From a virus, in IMG/VR virus record IMGVR_UViG_3300045974_000283, positions 113,838 through 177,837 of that record: a stretch of 64,000 nt of DNA. One strand, written 5' to 3'. Both the position numbers and the translations under genes were made by a program. Positions 8,799 to 17,900 of the stretch are shown here, piece by piece. The notes under the pieces were generated by a model. That model searched no databases. It was not told the origin of the DNA and saw nothing but the letters and a program-made list of their open reading frames with translations. Each line of letters starts with the position of its first letter. The stretch's first letter is position 1.

Positions 8799-11311
8799 TG
8801 CAAATCGTCTACTCTGATTACATCCGTGGCATGAACGCGATGGCGGGTGGCAACTATGTCACCGCGTTCAGCATCCCTGGTCCGCTCGGCGCCTTCTTCA
8901 AGTCGGTCAAGTCGGAGCTGACCTCGCTCGCCAACGACATCAAGGTCGAGTTCAAGGACGTCCTCAAGTGCTTCGCCAACGGTGAAGCCTTCAAGCTGTT
9001 CAAGGCCCTGAAGTTCAGTCTGACGGCGCTGCTCAAGGGCATCCGCACGTTCGTGGCTCTGCTACCTCGTGGCATCACGAGTTTCTTCCAAGAACTGCAT
9101 GATGCAGGCTACGTCGAGAAGCTGCGCACAGGTGCAGTCAAGGTGGACGAGATTCTCCACAAGTATCCTGTCTTGAAGAAGCTCGCCGGACCTGTGATGG
9201 CTGGCCTACTCTTCTGGATGTGGACTTCGATGGCGTTCACGGGCGACCCGTGGACGGACTTTGACGTCTCGCACATCGGTGATGCGATGCTCGGTCATTA
9301 CAGCATTGAGACACTGTTCACGTCTCCTGCGGGCTTGACGGGTCTGGCGCTGCTCGCGGCTGGAATCACGATGCCCGGCCTGCCTATCTCGTGGCTTGGC
9401 GTCACCTTGTTCAACACGCTGATCGCCATCGCGTTCACGCTCGGGAAGAAGTACGCCCCAGCTGTCGCACCGAAGATCCGCACTTTGATTCCGAAGGGCA
9501 AGTTCGACAAGCGCGACACTTCGAGCCCGCCTCTTGAAACCGAAACCGCCAACGTGAAGGCCCGTATGTCCATTCGTGAAATGCAAATCGCTGCGCTGAG
9601 CCCCAAGGCTTATGCCATGTTCAAGGGAAAGATCGCCGAGCTCAACCAGGACCTCGTCGGCATCTACCACATGATCAAGACGGACGGCAAGTTTCCGCCT
9701 CCGCTCTACCTCGTTCAGCAGGCCAACAAGCTGCGTCGCGTTGCCAACAATCCGGCGAACGTTCAGAACTTCAAGGACCTCATCAAGTTCATGGAAGTGA
9801 CCCTTGGCACGGCGATGCTTAAGCGCAAGGTGCAGGCCGACGGCAGCATCTTCACGGTCGAGATGCGTGACGCCGCCAAGCAGATGATGCGCGAGGCCAC
9901 CAAACGGATCGAGGACTTCGCCAACGACATGGACAGCCTGGACGCTAACGGTCCGCAATCTTCTGTTCCGGCGCTGCTCACCTCGTATGTGGACTACTTC
10001 GTATATCAGCTGAGTATGTTGTCGATCAACGGCTTCATCATCAAGGCCGAGCTGACCAACGCCAAGAAAGTCGGCGTTCTGCTGGACAAGAACAAGACCC
10101 GTAGCGTCATCCCGCGGAAGGTCAAGGAACTCCTTGATGAGGGCACCCCGGCTCCCGCTTCCCCGCTCTCAGTACCCGGTCAGTCTCTTGTGACTCTGTA
10201 CGCGGTGTTTCTGATGAACCTCAAGCAAAACGATCCCAGTGTCAGCAAGCCCCAAGCTGAATCGCTTTTCCACAAGTGCATCGGCCGACTCCGAAACGGA
10301 ACCTATCTGGCCAACGAAACCGAGGCATTCCTGAGGACCATGTCCCCAGCAGAACGCCGTGAATTTGCCTTGAACCCTGAAGATTCTCCGCGAGGTTCTG
10401 CCCGTGGGAACGCCAACGCGTTCTTGGATGAACTCGTCGAAGAGGCGATGGGTCTGATCGAGAGCGCGGGTGAGGACGAAGATGAAGCTCCGCGCAGCCT
10501 TTATCCACCGAAGCCCGCCGCCCCGGCCCCCGCCACACCTGCCAAGGTGATCAAGCCCTTCGGCCCTCCGTACCTTGACGCCAAGAGAGTTCCTTATCTC
10601 TCCCAGCTTGCGCACTACATTGTGCGCTATCTGTGGGAGGAAGACGATATCGATCGCGCAGCGGAAGCCATCGGGTGGGATGATGCCACTCTCAACGCCG
10701 AGTACAGGGAACGCGCTGAGCTGGAACTCGGTCTGGTCGCTCAGGATCTCTACACCTCGTTCATACCCGCGCTCGTGGAACTGGACGCTCACCTCCGACG
10801 CGGCAGCGTCAACGGTGAGAAGGCCATCTTTGACTCTGTCAAGACCTCCAAAGACGGGATGCCTACCGATGAGGCTATAAACGCGAAGGTCAACCTCAAG
10901 AGGAACCCCCTCTCGGAGGCCGCGACCAAAATCTTGAAGCGGATGTTCACGGCCAAGAAACTGGTCATTGCAACCATCATGCTTCGCTTGAAGAAACAAC
11001 AGAAGAATCCGGCGCTGGCCCCGAGTTTTGCGGTGGGCCTCCCCCTCACACCCGCGAATGTCTATGAAACGCTCTCGAAGTCCAGCGGCCTGAACTGGTC
11101 TGATCTGCTCACCAGCATGGGGTACACGAACATCTACCGGAACCCAAATGAATTGGGTCTTCGTGGAAGCCTCGAGGACTGCCTCGAAAAGCTGCGGAAA
11201 GCTGGCAAAGTTCGCACGGAGTCTTACGCGGGCGAGGACACCGTCTTCATCGCTATCCAGCGGCCCGCTGCCCCCAAGAAACCGCCGTCTGGCAACATCC
11301 CCACCTTCTGA
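8798..11311 (+). CDS. 837-aa protein: hydrophobic N-terminal domain plus helical C-terminal domain
   Basis: Hydrophobic segments (GLLFWMWTSMAF; GLALLAAGITMPGLPISWLGVTLFNTLIAIAFTL) before about aa 250, then a soluble helical region. Confidence 0.65.
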   Translation: MQIVYSDYIRGMNAMAGGNYVTAFSIPGPLGAFFKSVKSELTSLANDIKVEFKDVLKCFANGEAFKLFKALKFSLTALLKGIRTFVALLPRGITSFFQELHDAGYVEKLRTGAVKVDEILHKYPVLKKLAGPVMAGLLFWMWTSMAFTGDPWTDFDVSHIGDAMLGHYSIETLFTSPAGLTGLALLAAGITMPGLPISWLGVTLFNTLIAIAFTLGKKYAPAVAPKIRTLIPKGKFDKRDTSSPPLETETANVKARMSIREMQIAALSPKAYAMFKGKIAELNQDLVGIYHMIKTDGKFPPPLYLVQQANKLRRVANNPANVQNFKDLIKFMEVTLGTAMLKRKVQADGSIFTVEMRDAAKQMMREATKRIEDFANDMDSLDANGPQSSVPALLTSYVDYFVYQLSMLSINGFIIKAELTNAKKVGVLLDKNKTRSVIPRKVKELLDEGTPAPASPLSVPGQSLVTLYAVFLMNLKQNDPSVSKPQAESLFHKCIGRLRNGTYLANETEAFLRTMSPAERREFALNPEDSPRGSARGNANAFLDELVEEAMGLIESAGEDEDEAPRSLYPPKPAAPAPATPAKVIKPFGPPYLDAKRVPYLSQLAHYIVRYLWEEDDIDRAAEAIGWDDATLNAEYRERAELELGLVAQDLYTSFIPALVELDAHLRRGSVNGEKAIFDSVKTSKDGMPTDEAINAKVNLKRNPLSEAATKILKRMFTAKKLVIATIMLRLKKQQKNPALAPSFAVGLPLTPANVYETLSKSSGLNWSDLLTSMGYTNIYRNPNELGLRGSLEDCLEKLRKAGKVRTESYAGEDTVFIAIQRPAAPKKPPSGNIPTF

Positions 11312-11313
11312 TC

Positions 11314-11595
11314 ATGGCGAAGCGACCGTTCATCAAGCGGTCGGCTTCCGGGGTTTCACGCATCACCCGCGACGAGTACGGGCCTGAATGGCGCTCCACT
11401 ACCAAAGCGGTCGCCACTCGTGAGGGTCATTCGTGCTTTGACTGCGGGACGAAGCGCCCGGAGGACGGCCCCTACGAGACCCACCACATCATTCCGCTGA
11501 GTCGCGGTGGAACAACTACCAAGGCCAATTTGATATACCTGTGCAAGCGGCACCACGACAAACGTCATCCCGGTCACACAATCAGGCGGCGATAG
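11314..11595 (+). CDS. HNH endonuclease (small, gp74-like)
   Basis: CFDCG...ETHHIIPLSRGGTTTKANLIYLCKRHHDKRH is a canonical HNH motif. Confidence 0.9.
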   Translation: MAKRPFIKRSASGVSRITRDEYGPEWRSTTKAVATREGHSCFDCGTKRPEDGPYETHHIIPLSRGGTTTKANLIYLCKRHHDKRHPGHTIRRR

Positions 11596-11598
11596 CCT

Positions 11599-11604
11599 GT
11601 TAAT
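11599..11604 (+). promoter_or_regulatory. GTTAAT putative phage promoter box
   Basis: CCTGTTAATGG at a gene junction, 43 nt before ATG 11642. Confidence 0.6.
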
Positions 11605-11641
11605 GGGCTCGCCCGCTCTACCACTCACCAGGAACCCTCTC

Positions 11642-12355
11642 ATGGCCCTCGACGTTCTTTCCACCACGCAAACCCAGAAGATCGACGACTCCGTTTCGCC
11701 GAGTGAAAATTTCTCCCACGTTGCCGACGAGTACCGTGTTGACTCTTCCACTGGCAACGTGACCGCCGCCTCCGAAGGTGACGGCCAGGACGACGGTTTC
11801 AATCTCGGCGCTCCGGTCGATGACACTGCCCTGCTCCAGCTGATCAACGCTTGGCTGATGATCAACCCCGTGCCATCCGGCAATGAGGTCGTCTCGTTCA
11901 TCATGTCCTTGGGCTTCGACTTCGAGCACGACTCGGAAGCCTTCAACAACATGATCGACATCGTGACTGACATGATCACGGGCGAAGGCCAGGACCTGTC
12001 AGACTCCGCACCTGAATCCGAATCGGATGACACTGCCTTTCCCATCTTCGATCCAGCAGACGGCCTCACTTTTGAGGACAGCGATTTCGGCGATGATGAA
12101 GACGAAGAAGACCTCGAACACGAGACTGACGGCGAGGGTTTCTTTATTGAGTCCGCTGCCGACGACACGAACACCCCGGAACCCCGGGACACCGACACCA
12201 CTGAAGACAACCCCTCACTCGAACTCGGCGCCGCCGAGCCAGACGCTCTGGCAGACGGCCTGAACAACGACGGCACCACGGTCACGGGCGAAGACCCCGA
12301 AGCCGAAGCCCTCCGCAACGACGGCAAGCCTGTCCAGGACGCCGATCAATCCTGA
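11642..12355 (+). CDS. Highly acidic protein (scaffold/inner-head candidate)
   Basis: Very D/E-rich; RBS AGGAACC before ATG 11642 (track start 11603 falls inside the promoter box). Confidence 0.6.
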   Translation: MALDVLSTTQTQKIDDSVSPSENFSHVADEYRVDSSTGNVTAASEGDGQDDGFNLGAPVDDTALLQLINAWLMINPVPSGNEVVSFIMSLGFDFEHDSEAFNNMIDIVTDMITGEGQDLSDSAPESESDDTAFPIFDPADGLTFEDSDFGDDEDEEDLEHETDGEGFFIESAADDTNTPEPRDTDTTEDNPSLELGAAEPDALADGLNNDGTTVTGEDPEAEALRNDGKPVQDADQS

Positions 12356-12380
12356 TCCCTTTCTTTCCCAAGGAACCACC

Positions 12381-13208
12381 ATGTTTGCAACGATTCACGA
12401 ACACTCGCCCGTCAGCCCCCGTCTGGCTCTCGTCACTGCCTCCTTCGTGGGTGGTGACGTTTCTCGTCAAGACGAAATGCTCGACGCCATCACTGCTTCC
12501 CTCGGCGGCTCTGCTGTCGCGGTGCGCGGAAGCTGGTCTTGGGTTGACCCTGAGCACAAAGAGACCGCCATCGGCTTCGTCTCCTCGGCTCGCCAGACCG
12601 TGGTGATCGAAGGCCAAGAGCCCGACCCCTCCAAGTTCCACCGCGTCCAAGCCAATGTCTACGTTGACAAGGGCGACGAAACCGTCTGGAACATGGCCGA
12701 AGGCGCTGGCGGCAAGTACCTCACGCGCTCGGGTCAAGACGACCTGCGCTCCGTGCTGGAAGCCGCCCGTCACAGCCCGACGGGTTCGACCCCGCGTCTG
12801 GCTCGCATCAACCGCGCGAACGCTACCGTTCACGACGTCGTTGGCTTTGTGGCTGAAGGCCGCAACGTGGCCGAGATGGACTACGGCGTCGTCGTGGAAG
12901 TTGGCAATGGCGCGCTGATGGTCATGTCCACGCTGCAAGACGGCGCTTTGGTCACCGTGCCGGAAACCCATGTGGCTTCGGTCATGGAACTCACGCCCGA
13001 AGGTCGTCCGCAAGTCAGCGCCTCGGCTGTCACGCGCATCAAGGCCTCGCGCGTCACCGCTGCCGACGGCATGAACGACACCTCGTTTGATCGCAGTATG
13101 AACCCGGCTGGTCCGCTCACGCCCCAGGAATACTGGAAGCTGGCCTATCGCGACCAGAACTACATCAACATGATCCTCAAGCAAGTGGCGGAAGTCGCTG
13201 CTCTGTAA
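12381..13208 (+). CDS. Head-associated structural protein
   Basis: 275 aa; LVTAS near the N-terminus, RIKAS/RVTAA near the C-terminus; followed by a terminator. Confidence 0.55.
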   Translation: MFATIHEHSPVSPRLALVTASFVGGDVSRQDEMLDAITASLGGSAVAVRGSWSWVDPEHKETAIGFVSSARQTVVIEGQEPDPSKFHRVQANVYVDKGDETVWNMAEGAGGKYLTRSGQDDLRSVLEAARHSPTGSTPRLARINRANATVHDVVGFVAEGRNVAEMDYGVVVEVGNGALMVMSTLQDGALVTVPETHVASVMELTPEGRPQVSASAVTRIKASRVTAADGMNDTSFDRSMNPAGPLTPQEYWKLAYRDQNYINMILKQVAEVAAL

Positions 13209-13230
13209 GGCGGTCGACATCGTCTCAATA

Positions 13231-13269
13231 CGGGGACGCTGCCTAACGGTGGCGTCCCCGTTTTCGTTT
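13231..13269 (+). terminator. Rho-independent terminator
   Basis: CGGGGACGCTGCC-TAAC-GGTGGCGTCCCCG stem (two G-U pairs) followed by TTTTCGTTT. Confidence 0.85.
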
Positions 13270-13280
13270 CTGGGAACATC

Positions 13281-14144
13281 ATGCTCAAAGCTCGCGGCTT
13301 CACCGTCATCCAACCCAAACAAACCAAGCCACCCCTCCCCAAGAACAAGCCTCGTGTGGCGGATCCTGATGAGGACGACATCCCGCCTTGGGAGTCGTCC
13401 GCCAAGAAGCGCCCGCCCAAGCGCACCATGAGCGATGTCGTTCCCAAGCTGGCCGCGAAGAAAGCCTCTGAGCCCACTCAACGCAAAGCCCGCCGAGCTG
13501 ACCCTGTCGAAGACCTTGACCCCGATCCACCCTCACGACAAGTCCGGCCGCAACGCACAGCTCCCATTGTTCTCGCAGATCAGAGTGCTCCCCGTAGGAA
13601 TGCAGTCGCACCGCGTCCTAAGCCTGTCGTGGTCCCTGATGCTCAGTTCGACCAGGAGAGCGTGAAGGCCCTAAAGTCGCGCTTCGGCAACAAGGCCCAG
13701 ACCATTCTGGACATGCTGGATTCCGACGAGGAAACGGATGGCGCCGTGTCCCTGCTAAGCCGCTCGCTCGTGCAAACCCTCGTCGGCGTTCTGCCTATGG
13801 CGGAGAGCAACGTGCGCGAGTCCCGTGGTGCCAAGGGCATCTATCAGCTCAACCAACTCGTTTCGGGTATCCGCGAGATGATGGTGGACCTGCAAGCGCT
13901 GCGTGACAAGGGCAACCTCGGCCGCTCCGTCGTTGACCGTCATGTGCGCCCAGCCTACATGGACATGAGCGTTCAGGTCATGCAGTCGTTCACTCTAATC
14001 GAGTCCTTTGCACAATCGCGGATGAAGAGCGCCGATTACAGGGAATTCCGGGCTCATGTGGACGAAGTGAAGAAGAACCTCGCTGGATATCTCACAGCTC
14101 AATACGCAGACCTTCGAGAGGGTGTTGCGAGCTCGCTGACATGA
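13281..14144 (+). CDS. Hypothetical protein (disordered basic N-terminus, helical C-terminus)
   Basis: K/P/R-rich first half, amphipathic helices in the second half. Confidence 0.7.
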   Translation: MLKARGFTVIQPKQTKPPLPKNKPRVADPDEDDIPPWESSAKKRPPKRTMSDVVPKLAAKKASEPTQRKARRADPVEDLDPDPPSRQVRPQRTAPIVLADQSAPRRNAVAPRPKPVVVPDAQFDQESVKALKSRFGNKAQTILDMLDSDEETDGAVSLLSRSLVQTLVGVLPMAESNVRESRGAKGIYQLNQLVSGIREMMVDLQALRDKGNLGRSVVDRHVRPAYMDMSVQVMQSFTLIESFAQSRMKSADYREFRAHVDEVKKNLAGYLTAQYADLREGVASSLT

Positions 14145-14225
14145 CCAGCCTGTAAATGCGCCCCTACCCCATTTTTATGCCCAAAGCCCCCTGCCGATAA
14201 ACGACCGTCTCATCCGCGAGGAGAT

Positions 14226-14921
14226 ATGAGTGACTTCCAACATCTGACGCATCTAGGCATTGATACGAGTGTCATGCCAACTCACCTGTCTCTGCCCAAG
14301 GCGTTCAACCAAGACGCTCATCATCTCTGGGTCGATGCTTACAACTCCGATCTGGTCCAGCGCGGCATCGAGGAGAAGGTCAAGTCGCCTGCTCTGTGGC
14401 AGAAGCTCGTTCGCCAGTTCCTATCCCGCTGCGAAGAAGCCGACACGTTCCCGTACACAGGACGCGCCGATGTCAACGACTCCTCTAAAGCGGCGCTACA
14501 AGCTGCCCGCAAGAGCCTCGTTGACTTCTTCCACAGCATGGGCATCTTCGAGCGCATCAAGATCCGCTCTGTGGAACGCACGGTGCGCTTCACCAGCGAC
14601 AGCTTCGTGCTGGAGGCCGTTGCCTACCTTCGAGAGATCGAAGACCCCACCTTTCAAGAGTGGATGCGGCGTCAACCAAATCCTGGCTTCCAGTCCGGTC
14701 AAGGCTGCATCCGCCGCCCGCTTGGCAAGGGCACCACGGTGGAGTTCTGCGAAGACCGCAAGCGAGGCCCCCGCCTGACCTACCGCATCCAGGGTATCTC
14801 GCCGATCCGACTCAGTGATCCGCGATACTCCCGCAACAAGCTGCAGAATCACGTCCTTGATTCGATGTGGAAACCCCTCATCGAAGCTTATCCCATCCGT
14901 TCGATCCACCATTCCTATTGA
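14226..14921 (+). CDS. Hypothetical protein
   Basis: RBS GAGGAG before ATG 14226. Confidence 0.7.
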   Translation: MSDFQHLTHLGIDTSVMPTHLSLPKAFNQDAHHLWVDAYNSDLVQRGIEEKVKSPALWQKLVRQFLSRCEEADTFPYTGRADVNDSSKAALQAARKSLVDFFHSMGIFERIKIRSVERTVRFTSDSFVLEAVAYLREIEDPTFQEWMRRQPNPGFQSGQGCIRRPLGKGTTVEFCEDRKRGPRLTYRIQGISPIRLSDPRYSRNKLQNHVLDSMWKPLIEAYPIRSIHHSY

Positions 14922-14932
14922 CTGGAACCCAC

Positions 14933-17900
14933 ATGACCTTCTCGCACACCTTTCACATGCGTCGCCCGGCTCCCGCCGCGCCGCGAGTTCCTCTGCGGAG
15001 CTCGGCGCTTTCGCAGCGCGCTGCCAAGCTGGTGACCGCCCGCTCGGCCTTCTCGGATGAGGAACTTCGCCCGGTCTCGAACCTGAAGATTACCCACAAG
15101 TTCCCGGCCGGTGAAGACCGTTCGGGTGCCATGAAGTTTTATCGTGGTGCCATCAAGTACGGCAAGAAGAACATCAACCACGCCCTGTGGACGCAAGCTG
15201 GATGCTGCGTGATGTTCGGTGGCGTTCAGTGGGCTCGCCCCAATGAACCGCAGATGAAGAAGAAACAGTTTCGCTACTTGATCGTCGGCGAAGAGGCAAT
15301 CATCGACTCCGCCGCTCCTGGTCTGGTGTCCGTAAAGATGGAGACCGACGGTGCTCTGGTGAAGATGCCTGCGGCCACGTTCCCCAAGTCGCATGCGCAG
15401 ATGGCTCAGTTCCTTCCGACCTTCACGGCTGCGGAAGACCCGATGCGGAACATCCCGTTCACCGAGAACTTGATCACTGACGGTCAGTTCATTCCTGCCA
15501 AGCAACTCCTGGCTCTCGCCAAGGGCTCGCTGGCCGAAGCGGCCTGCCGCGAGCTGGCTGACATCCCTGACGCTGGCATCGAGTTCCGCAGCGATGGCGC
15601 GGACTGGAATCTTCTGGTCGTGCTGAAGTTCACCCGCGCTCAAGTGTCGGCGATGACGCAGACCGACTGGCTGATGGTGCGCCCGGTTGACTTCTTCAAC
15701 ATGATGCACGAGTGGGCCAACACGCGGATGAACCGCTACGGCAAGGCGCTCGCTCTCTTCTCGATGCCGCTGTCCCGCATCGCCAAGACCCTGCCTGAGA
15801 ACGGCGATCCCCGCGTCTCGGAAGACTTGGGCATCATGATCGACGAGAAGGCCGACTACTGGTTCCTGCCGAAGAAGGCCAACAACATCACTCGTTACGA
15901 GTCAGAACATCTGGGTCAGATCAGCCGCCCCGACGGTTCGTTCTCGCTTATGCCGCTGGCCTCCGAGGGAGACGTTCGTCCGACCCAGCCTCAGTCGGGC
16001 CTCGTGCTGTGCGACTGGACCAACTACAAGATGTCCTACGTCAACGGCGAGGGACGGTTGGAGATCAAGAACACCGATCGCTGCATCGCCGCGCTTCCGC
16101 AGCATTACCTGCGAGTGCTGAACTTCCGGCTCTCGTCCGATTTTGCGATGAACGTCTGGACTCAGTCCCTGCTGATCGCTCAGAAAGTGCTGAACAAGAC
16201 GTACTCGGGTCAGGCTTACGACTTGTCGTTCAAGTTCATCGTGAGCGCCATCCTGAGCGAGATCACTTCCGATCCGGAAAACGAGGGTGGGCAACACAGC
16301 GTCGAAGACCTGAGGATCCAAGACCTCTACGTCTACAAGGACCGCATCCCCGTGCTCCAGTACTTCTGGGAAGCCATCGAAGAGATCTGCGTCTACTCGC
16401 AAACCTCGATCGAGAACCTCTACTCGAAGTACGCCTTCACCACGATCAGCCAACTGGTTGCCACCCTTCAGATTCTGACCAAGATCGCCCCGAAGCGAGC
16501 CGAACTCATGGCCGCCGACCGCGAGCGCCAAAAGGCTTATCAGGACCGCTCTGTCGATCCCAACTACAACATCGGTGAGCTCCCGCTGATCTCGACCGAT
16601 CCGGCTGGTCGTGCAATGATGCCCCACCAGACTCGGGTTGCCTCGCGTCTGCGCAACTCCCCACCGTTCGCGATGATCGCCGTGGACGCGGGTGGCGGCA
16701 AGACCATCTCGATCATCTCGGACTTCCTGAAAGAGTTCCGCGATGGCACCGTCAAGCGCGGTCTCATCATGTGCCCGCCGCACCTCGTTGCTCAGTACGT
16801 CAAGGAGTTCCTGTACCTGACGGACAGCAAGGTCAACGTCATCGCGATCAACACGTTCACCATCAAGACGCACGGCATCGAAGGTCTGCGCAAGCTCCTG
16901 CTGACGGCCCCTCCCAACAGCGTGGTCGTCACCGACTATGACCTTGCCAACTCGCGTGACAAGGTCATGAAGGTCTGCTACGGCACCCAGTCCTCGGGCG
17001 TCTACTACCTCGTGGACATGCTGCGCCAGTTCCGCTTCGACTACGTCGCGTTCGACGAAGCGCACTACCTGAAGAAGTCTGGCGCCGAACGCACTCGCTC
17101 AGTCGCTCGCTTGACGGTCGACATCCCCATCAAGCGTCTGGCTTCAGGTACGATGACGCCGAACTCGCCGATGGACATCGCCGGTCTGGCTGGTCTGTGC
17201 GATCCGACCATTTTCCCGGTGGACGACTTCGAGAAGACCTACAAGAAGGAGACGCTGCGCAAGGGTCGCAAGGTCATGCTGTATGACACCGCTGCCATTC
17301 GCGCCCGGCTGGAACAGGACATCGCCTTCGTGCAGATCAAGCGCAAGGAGTGGGCCGCATGGCTTCCGCAGCTCGTCGAGAAGGCTCACGCGGTTACGCT
17401 GTCTCCGGCTCAACAAGCTGTCTACGACACCGTGCTCCACCAAGTCATGGAGGAGATCCAGGCCAAGCTCGCCAGCGGCAACAACACCGCCCTGAACGAT
17501 CTGCTGCTCGGTGTCAAGAAGGGTGAAGACGACGAGGATGACGGCGCTCCGGCTGGCAAGAAGGAAGACGACGATGACTCGTCTCCCGACGACGGCGTGG
17601 ACATCGACTCGCTACTCAACCCGATGCTTTTCCGCCTGGAATCGTTCTCGTCGAACCCGGCCGGTGACGTGTACGGCGGAACCATACTGACGGGTGACGA
17701 CCGCTTCTCGCCGAAGGTGGGCAAGATGGTGGATATCATCCGCGACCACCTCGACGCGGGTACTCCTGGCAAGGTTCTGGTGTTCTGCAACTACAACCAG
17801 GAGGTTGACGGCATCATGGAAGCCCTCCCTGAGGACATCCGTGCCATGACGGTTCACTACTTTGCCTCAGACAAAGAAGCCTGCGCTGCTGAGTTCGAAA

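Noticed and set aside
1-14144. Major capsid, portal or terminase calls in the head module
   Set aside because: No ORF shows motifs I can tie to these families; they are probably outside the window or too divergent.
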